This document shows, piece after piece, positions 59,170 through 64,000 of a stretch of 64,000 nt of DNA; positions within the stretch are counted from its first letter, which is position 1; each line of letters begins with the position of its first letter. This stretch comes from Hemiscyllium ocellatum. Taxonomy: Eukaryota. Position numbers and translations under genes: made by a program. The notes beneath the pieces are model-generated. The model was not told the DNA's origin. It saw nothing but the letters and a program-made list of their open reading frames with translations, and did no database searches. The stretch covers positions 62,001 to 126,000 of the forward strand of contig NW_026867451.1 of the NCBI RefSeq assembly GCF_020745735.1, written 5' to 3'.

Positions 59170-59509
59170 GGGCAGCATGGTGGCTCAGTGATTGGCATTG
59201 CTGCCTCACAGCGCCAGGGTCCCAAATTTGATTCCACCCTCGGGTGACTGCCTGTGTGGAGTTTGCACATTCTCCCTGTGTCTGTGTGGGTTTCCTTCGG
59301 GCGCTGTGGTTTCCTACCACAGTCCAAAAGATGTGCAGGTCAGGTGATTGTGCAGTTTAGCACAGCCATAGTGTTCAGGGATGTCTAGGTTAGGGTGCAT
59401 TAGTCAAGGACAAATATAAATTAGGGGGAATGGGTCTGGGTGGGCTACTTACTGTTCAGAGGGTCAGTGTGGAATTGTTGGGCCAAATGGCCTGTTTCCA
59501 TACTGTAGG
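59170..59509 (+). mobile_element. HE1-type SINE (cluster 2 copy of 22332-22671)
   Basis: Duplicate sequence. Confidence 0.85.
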
Positions 59510-59770
59510 AACTCTCCTCTTAAAACCATGGGAGTACTTGCTGCAAACGCAGAAAATTCATTTTACATCGATGTGTTCAGGCGTATGCAGAGTTCACAAA
59601 TTTGCAGAAGACATGAACTAGAGGATAACAGAGCACATTGTTTATTCAAACACTGAAAATAGAGTAATATTTATTTTAATTAATATACTTGATCGATTTA
59701 TTGCAATGTAGCGATCTGAAGGAATCTGCTCACATTAGTTCAGTGTGACAATCATTTAGATTAGATTTCC

Positions 59771-60059
59771 TGCAGTATGTATCAGGCCATTTGGCCCAAC
59801 AAGTCCACACCGACCCTCTGAAGAGGAACCCACCCAGACCCATTCCCCTACCCTATATTTACCCCTGACTAATGCACCTAACACTATAGACAATATAGCA
59901 TGACCAGTTCACCTGACTTGCACATCTTTGGATTTTGGGAGGAAATCCACACAGACACAGGGGAGATTGTGTAAACTCCACATAGGCCGTCACCCGAGGC
60001 TGGAACCGAGGCTGGAACCGAGCCTGGGTACCTGGATCTGTGAGGCAGCAGTGCCCACA
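59771..60059 (-). mobile_element. HE1-type SINE (cluster 2 copy of 22933-23210, with a 12-nt tandem duplication)
   Basis: Duplicate sequence; GAGGCTGGAACC occurs twice. Confidence 0.82.
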
Positions 60060-62775
60060 TTTACTTAGACATCCGTTAAAGTGGGCAACTCCAGACAGAA
60101 GCATGTTTTCAATTCATACCTTTTTCAACATTTTAGTTCATTACAAGCAGTTAACAAGAAAATAACCTTGCCCTAATTCCTTCAACAGAAATGCTTTCCA
60201 CACTGGAATGCAGTATTGTTTATGCAGTGCATGCAAAATCTCCACAATTCGAGGAACGTTTTAAGAATATGTAAAAATAATTTAGAGAATAATCCATTTC
60301 CTCCAGATCTGTGCTTTAATTGGCGATATTTCCCACCTCAATAATTTTGTTAAATACAATGACTTATTAAGTTTATGAACTCAGTGGTTATTTATGTTCA
60401 TTGTGAACACATTCTCGTTCACATTAATCCACTGGTTAGTTCCTCTGATGAATATTCAATTACAGTGAATATATTTGACGTGAGGAGTTGAGCAATGTAT
60501 CCTCTGGGATTAAGTCTGTTGTACAGTTTGTTTCAGTGCTATCTCTGACTAACTTGTCCACGGTCCTGACCATTTATAAATTGTCCAGTTCGGATACCTG
60601 AATCTCAGACAGTTCAATTTTATCTCGCGCTTCAAAACCACTTTTATCTGCCAGAAATACAATATTTGATTAGGTGCCTCAGAATTGAGAGCCCTGACTA
60701 AGTTGTTCCAATCAGAACGAACGTTTCAGGAACAAAAGGCAGATAGCAAGAGATTTGAAATTGGTTGTTGACAACAAGAGATATTTGATTGAGCGAGGCA
60801 GAGGGAAATATGCTGCAGATTTTCTTTGTGCCTCAGTTATGCAGGAGATGTTTCGTGGCACTATGTAAAATCAGAATTTTTTTTTGCATCTTATTATTTG
60901 AAAACTTATTATCAGCTTTTAAAGTTACTGGCAATGGTCTTATTACACTTCAGAACATTATAATCTTTTTCAAACTAAGTAGACCGTCTGGTGCAGCAAC
61001 ATTCACAGGGGAAAGAGGAAGGGAGTTCGAGGTTGGAATCTAGTGACAGTGAATTGATGGCAATGCAATTCCTAGTTTTATTGCTCTGTAGTTCCCATCG
61101 AGTTTGAACAATTTGGAGCAGCTGTCAAAGTATTCTTGGATAAATGTTGAAATGTTACTTTCATTGTACTAACATTCTGGAACAATCCCTGGTTGTTGGA
61201 AGGTGTTAATAACTAACATGGTTTATAAACTGTCAAAACAGGTGAGCTGTGTTCTCCGTGATAGTGTCGAGCTCATTGTGTTCAGGTCTGTTGTGATGTT
61301 GTGGTAGGGTCCCTGATTCTGTGCCAGGTAGCCTGTGTTCACTTACAACCTGTTAGAGAGGTATGTAACACCATCTCTTATCAGGTTACTTCAGTACAAG
61401 AAAGCAGATTGAGATGTTTGGGTGTTTGTTGGAATTCCACTCACAGAGGCCAGTGAAATCTATTCAATCGCTGTCCTGACTTGTGTCTCTTAGACATTAA
61501 ACAGAATTTTGGTGGTTAGCAGCTTTTTCCAGATCAATATTTGTTCACAAGCTTTTGGGCATCGCTAGATGGGGTTAATGGAGAAAGTGCTCAAAGAAAT
61601 CCCAGCTTTTGACTTGCTGTTCTAACAATATCATTTATAACTAATCCCGAATGAATCATTTTCAAAGTATATTTGATGAGATTTTGCTTAGGCTGTTTTA
61701 CTTTATATTAAACCAGTGCTGTAGCTGAATTTGATTGTTCAGTACTGTGGGGGTTTCCGTTGAATCCAACACTTGCAGCAGATGGTGATAGCTTTTCAGT
61801 TGGTCTTCCATTGCTATCTCAGACCATCCAGTACCTCTGCTAAGAATCCTTTTTCCAACAGGAGTCAAGCCAACGGAATCACTGTTTATCTCAACGGGTG
61901 TGAGCTCTTGTGCCAAAAACATGAAAACAATTTGGTGAAGAGGGGGTCTCTGGATGGGAAAGGTTCACCTTGCCTTCTCTCCACAGGAGCTGCTAGACCT
62001 GCTGAGTTTCTTCAGACGTTTCTGTCTTTATTTTGGTTTTCTAGCATTTAAAGTTTGTTGTTTCATTGAAAAACGTTCTGTTCGATTAAACACGTTCTTC
62101 AGAGAAAGGATGCATTTGAACAAATTGCAAATGTTCAGAGATATTATTGAATTTGAGTGCCCTGATCTCGAGCTGTAGTTTCACAAGAAACTATTATGAA
62201 GTAACAACACACTGCAGAGTGCAGTGGCTGCTGTAATTGGGTGGAAGTTATTTTGATCACTCAAATAGAGAATGTCAGTGATCCCGTTCCAAATAATCAA
62301 CAGAAGTTTTTTTTAAAGCATGTGTGAAACAATTAATTTATCGAAATATTTTAATAAAAAGTATTCACGGCCAGTGCTAGCTTAATGAATGACACAATGT
62401 TAGGAAGGTAGGAACAAGAGGAGGGCACTCAGCCCCTCTAGTTGTTCCCCCACTTACTTAGATCATGGTGCATCTGTGAGCTCAATCCACAGGTCTCCCT
62501 TTGGCTAAAGCTCTTTAACACCTTTGTTTAACAAGCAAAAGCTATCCCAGATTTACTGATTTGACTGCCCATAACAAAGGGAGACACCATTTCTGAAAGA
62601 CATTCCTGTGAGTACTGTGACACAATGAGGCTGGGATTAATTGCTCATGAAAGTAAACTTTAAATATCTGACAATTTCCAATTGAAACATCCCAATCATC
62701 ATATTTCATTAATTTAACACTATACTTCCCTGGAATCAAGAAATATAATGTGTGATTGCCTTGCTAAAAATGAGG

Positions 62776-62985
62776 AGAAAGTGAGGACTGCAGATGCTGG
62801 AGATCAGAGCTGAAAATGTGTTGCTGGAAAAGCACAGCAGGTCAGGCAGCATCAAGGAGCAGGAGAATCGACGTTTCGGGCATGAGCCCTTCTTCAGGAA
62901 GGGCTCCTTGGATGCTGCCTGCTCCTTGGATGCTGCCTGATGCTGCCTGACTTGCTGCGCTTTTCCAGCAATACATTTTCAGCAG
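62776..62985. mobile_element. Cluster 2 copy of the hairpin insertion at 25908-26107
   Basis: Perfect TSD TTGCTAAAAATGAGG at 62761-62775 and 62986-63000; one extra 10-nt internal repeat. Confidence 0.85.
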
Positions 62986-63084
62986 TTGCTAAAAATGAGG
63001 GAAGCTTCATTCCTATTATATGATTAAGAAATAGCTCTGTTCATTCAGTGAAAACACAGTCAAATCACTCAAAAGGAAACCATG

Positions 63085-63288
63085 ATTTGGAGATGCTGGT
63101 GTTGGACTGGGGTGTACAAAGTTAAAAATCACACAACCCCAGGTTATAGTCCAACAGGTTTAATTGGAAGCACACTAGCTTTTGGAGTGACGCTCCTTTA
63201 TCAGGTGATAGTGGAGCGTCACTCCGAAAGCTAGTTTTCTTCCAATTAAACCTGTTGGACTATAACTTGGTGTTGTGTGATTTTTAAA
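63085..63288. mobile_element. Cluster 2 copy of the hairpin insertion at 26207-26410
   Basis: TSD at 63071-63084 and 63289-63302. Confidence 0.8.
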
Positions 63289-64000
63289 AAAAGGAAATCA
63301 TGTCATCTTGTGTAGACACACAAGTGCCTCAAATAATTTTCAATTCTTCTAGTGGTTGTTTGAATCTCGAGACAGGTGTGGAAGTGTCAGACTTTTTATA
63401 TCGCCTTGAGAAACAAGTTGTCATCAGTCTATTTGAATTGCTGAAGTTTGTGTGGTATTAGCACATTCACAGCGCTGTTAGGAAGTGAGCCCCATGGCTG
63501 TGATTGAGGAAGAGGAAACGGGCAGGGAAATAGTTGAGAGTTAAGTTGAAGTCTGATATGGAGGAAAGCTTCACATGCATGTGTGCCCTTATCCTCAAGG
63601 ATCACAATTTTGGAATATGCTGCCGAACGGACATGTCAGCATGCAAAATGGAAGCTGAAGAAGGCATCTCGGCCTCTCTAGAAGGCTATTCCATTCATGG
63701 GATCATCATTAATCTTGCTGCTCATCAATCTTCCCAACACACTGATAACATTGGACCTGATTGTTTACTGTTCAACACAAGAATGGTGAATTCGTTTGGA
63801 ATTCTCCACCACAGAAATTCATAGATTCAAGACTCATAGATTCTTGAAAGCGTTGTCTCAAGTACCTAGTGTGTTGAAGGTGTTTGGCGCACGTACCTTC
63901 ATTGGTCAGAGCACTGAGTGCAGGAGTTAGGGCTTCATGTTGTAATTGTCCAAAACATTGGAATGAACTGCCAGAGGAAGCGGTAAGTGCAGAGATCGGT

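Larger units (their letters stand above)
51985..64000 (+). repeat. Segmental duplicate of 14768-27122 (second IgM cluster: upstream flank, V-DD-J and 5' part of the J-C intron)
   Basis: Colinear near-identity from the first base after the gap to the window end; offset moves from about 37217 to about 36878 because of the 373-bp D-D deletion and small indels. Confidence 0.97.

Overview
Cartilaginous-fish (shark-type) genomic DNA, repeat-rich, with two 500-N scaffold gaps (6444-6943, 51485-51984). It holds immunoglobulin IgM heavy-chain gene clusters in the shark 'minilocus' arrangement, all on the + strand. Cluster 1 (18205-39980) is complete and looks intact: leader, VH, D1, D2 and JH with recombination signal sequences (RSS) in the order V-23 / 12-D1-22 / 12-D2-12 / 23-J, then CH1-CH4 with a secretory tailpiece, and TM1/TM2 exons. 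A near-identical second copy starts right after the second gap (51985-64000 matches 14768-27122); its constant exons would lie beyond the window. Two results stand out. (i) In copy 2, D1 and D2 are already fused into one 25-nt D by a 373-bp deletion that removes the two inner RSSs, which looks like a RAG coding joint fixed in genomic DNA while V and J remain unrearranged (V-DD-J). (ii) The two copies differ at about 2 sites in ~810 bp of intersegment DNA, but at 11 sites in 353 nt of V+J coding DNA, all in four short clusters at CDR-forming positions. The rest is CR1/L2-type LINE fragments, HE1 SINEs and Penelope-like elements, several with hairpin structure, 13-15 bp target-site duplications (TSDs) and minimal hammerhead-ribozyme motifs. 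All comparisons were made by eye, no database search was run, and repeat boundaries are approximate.
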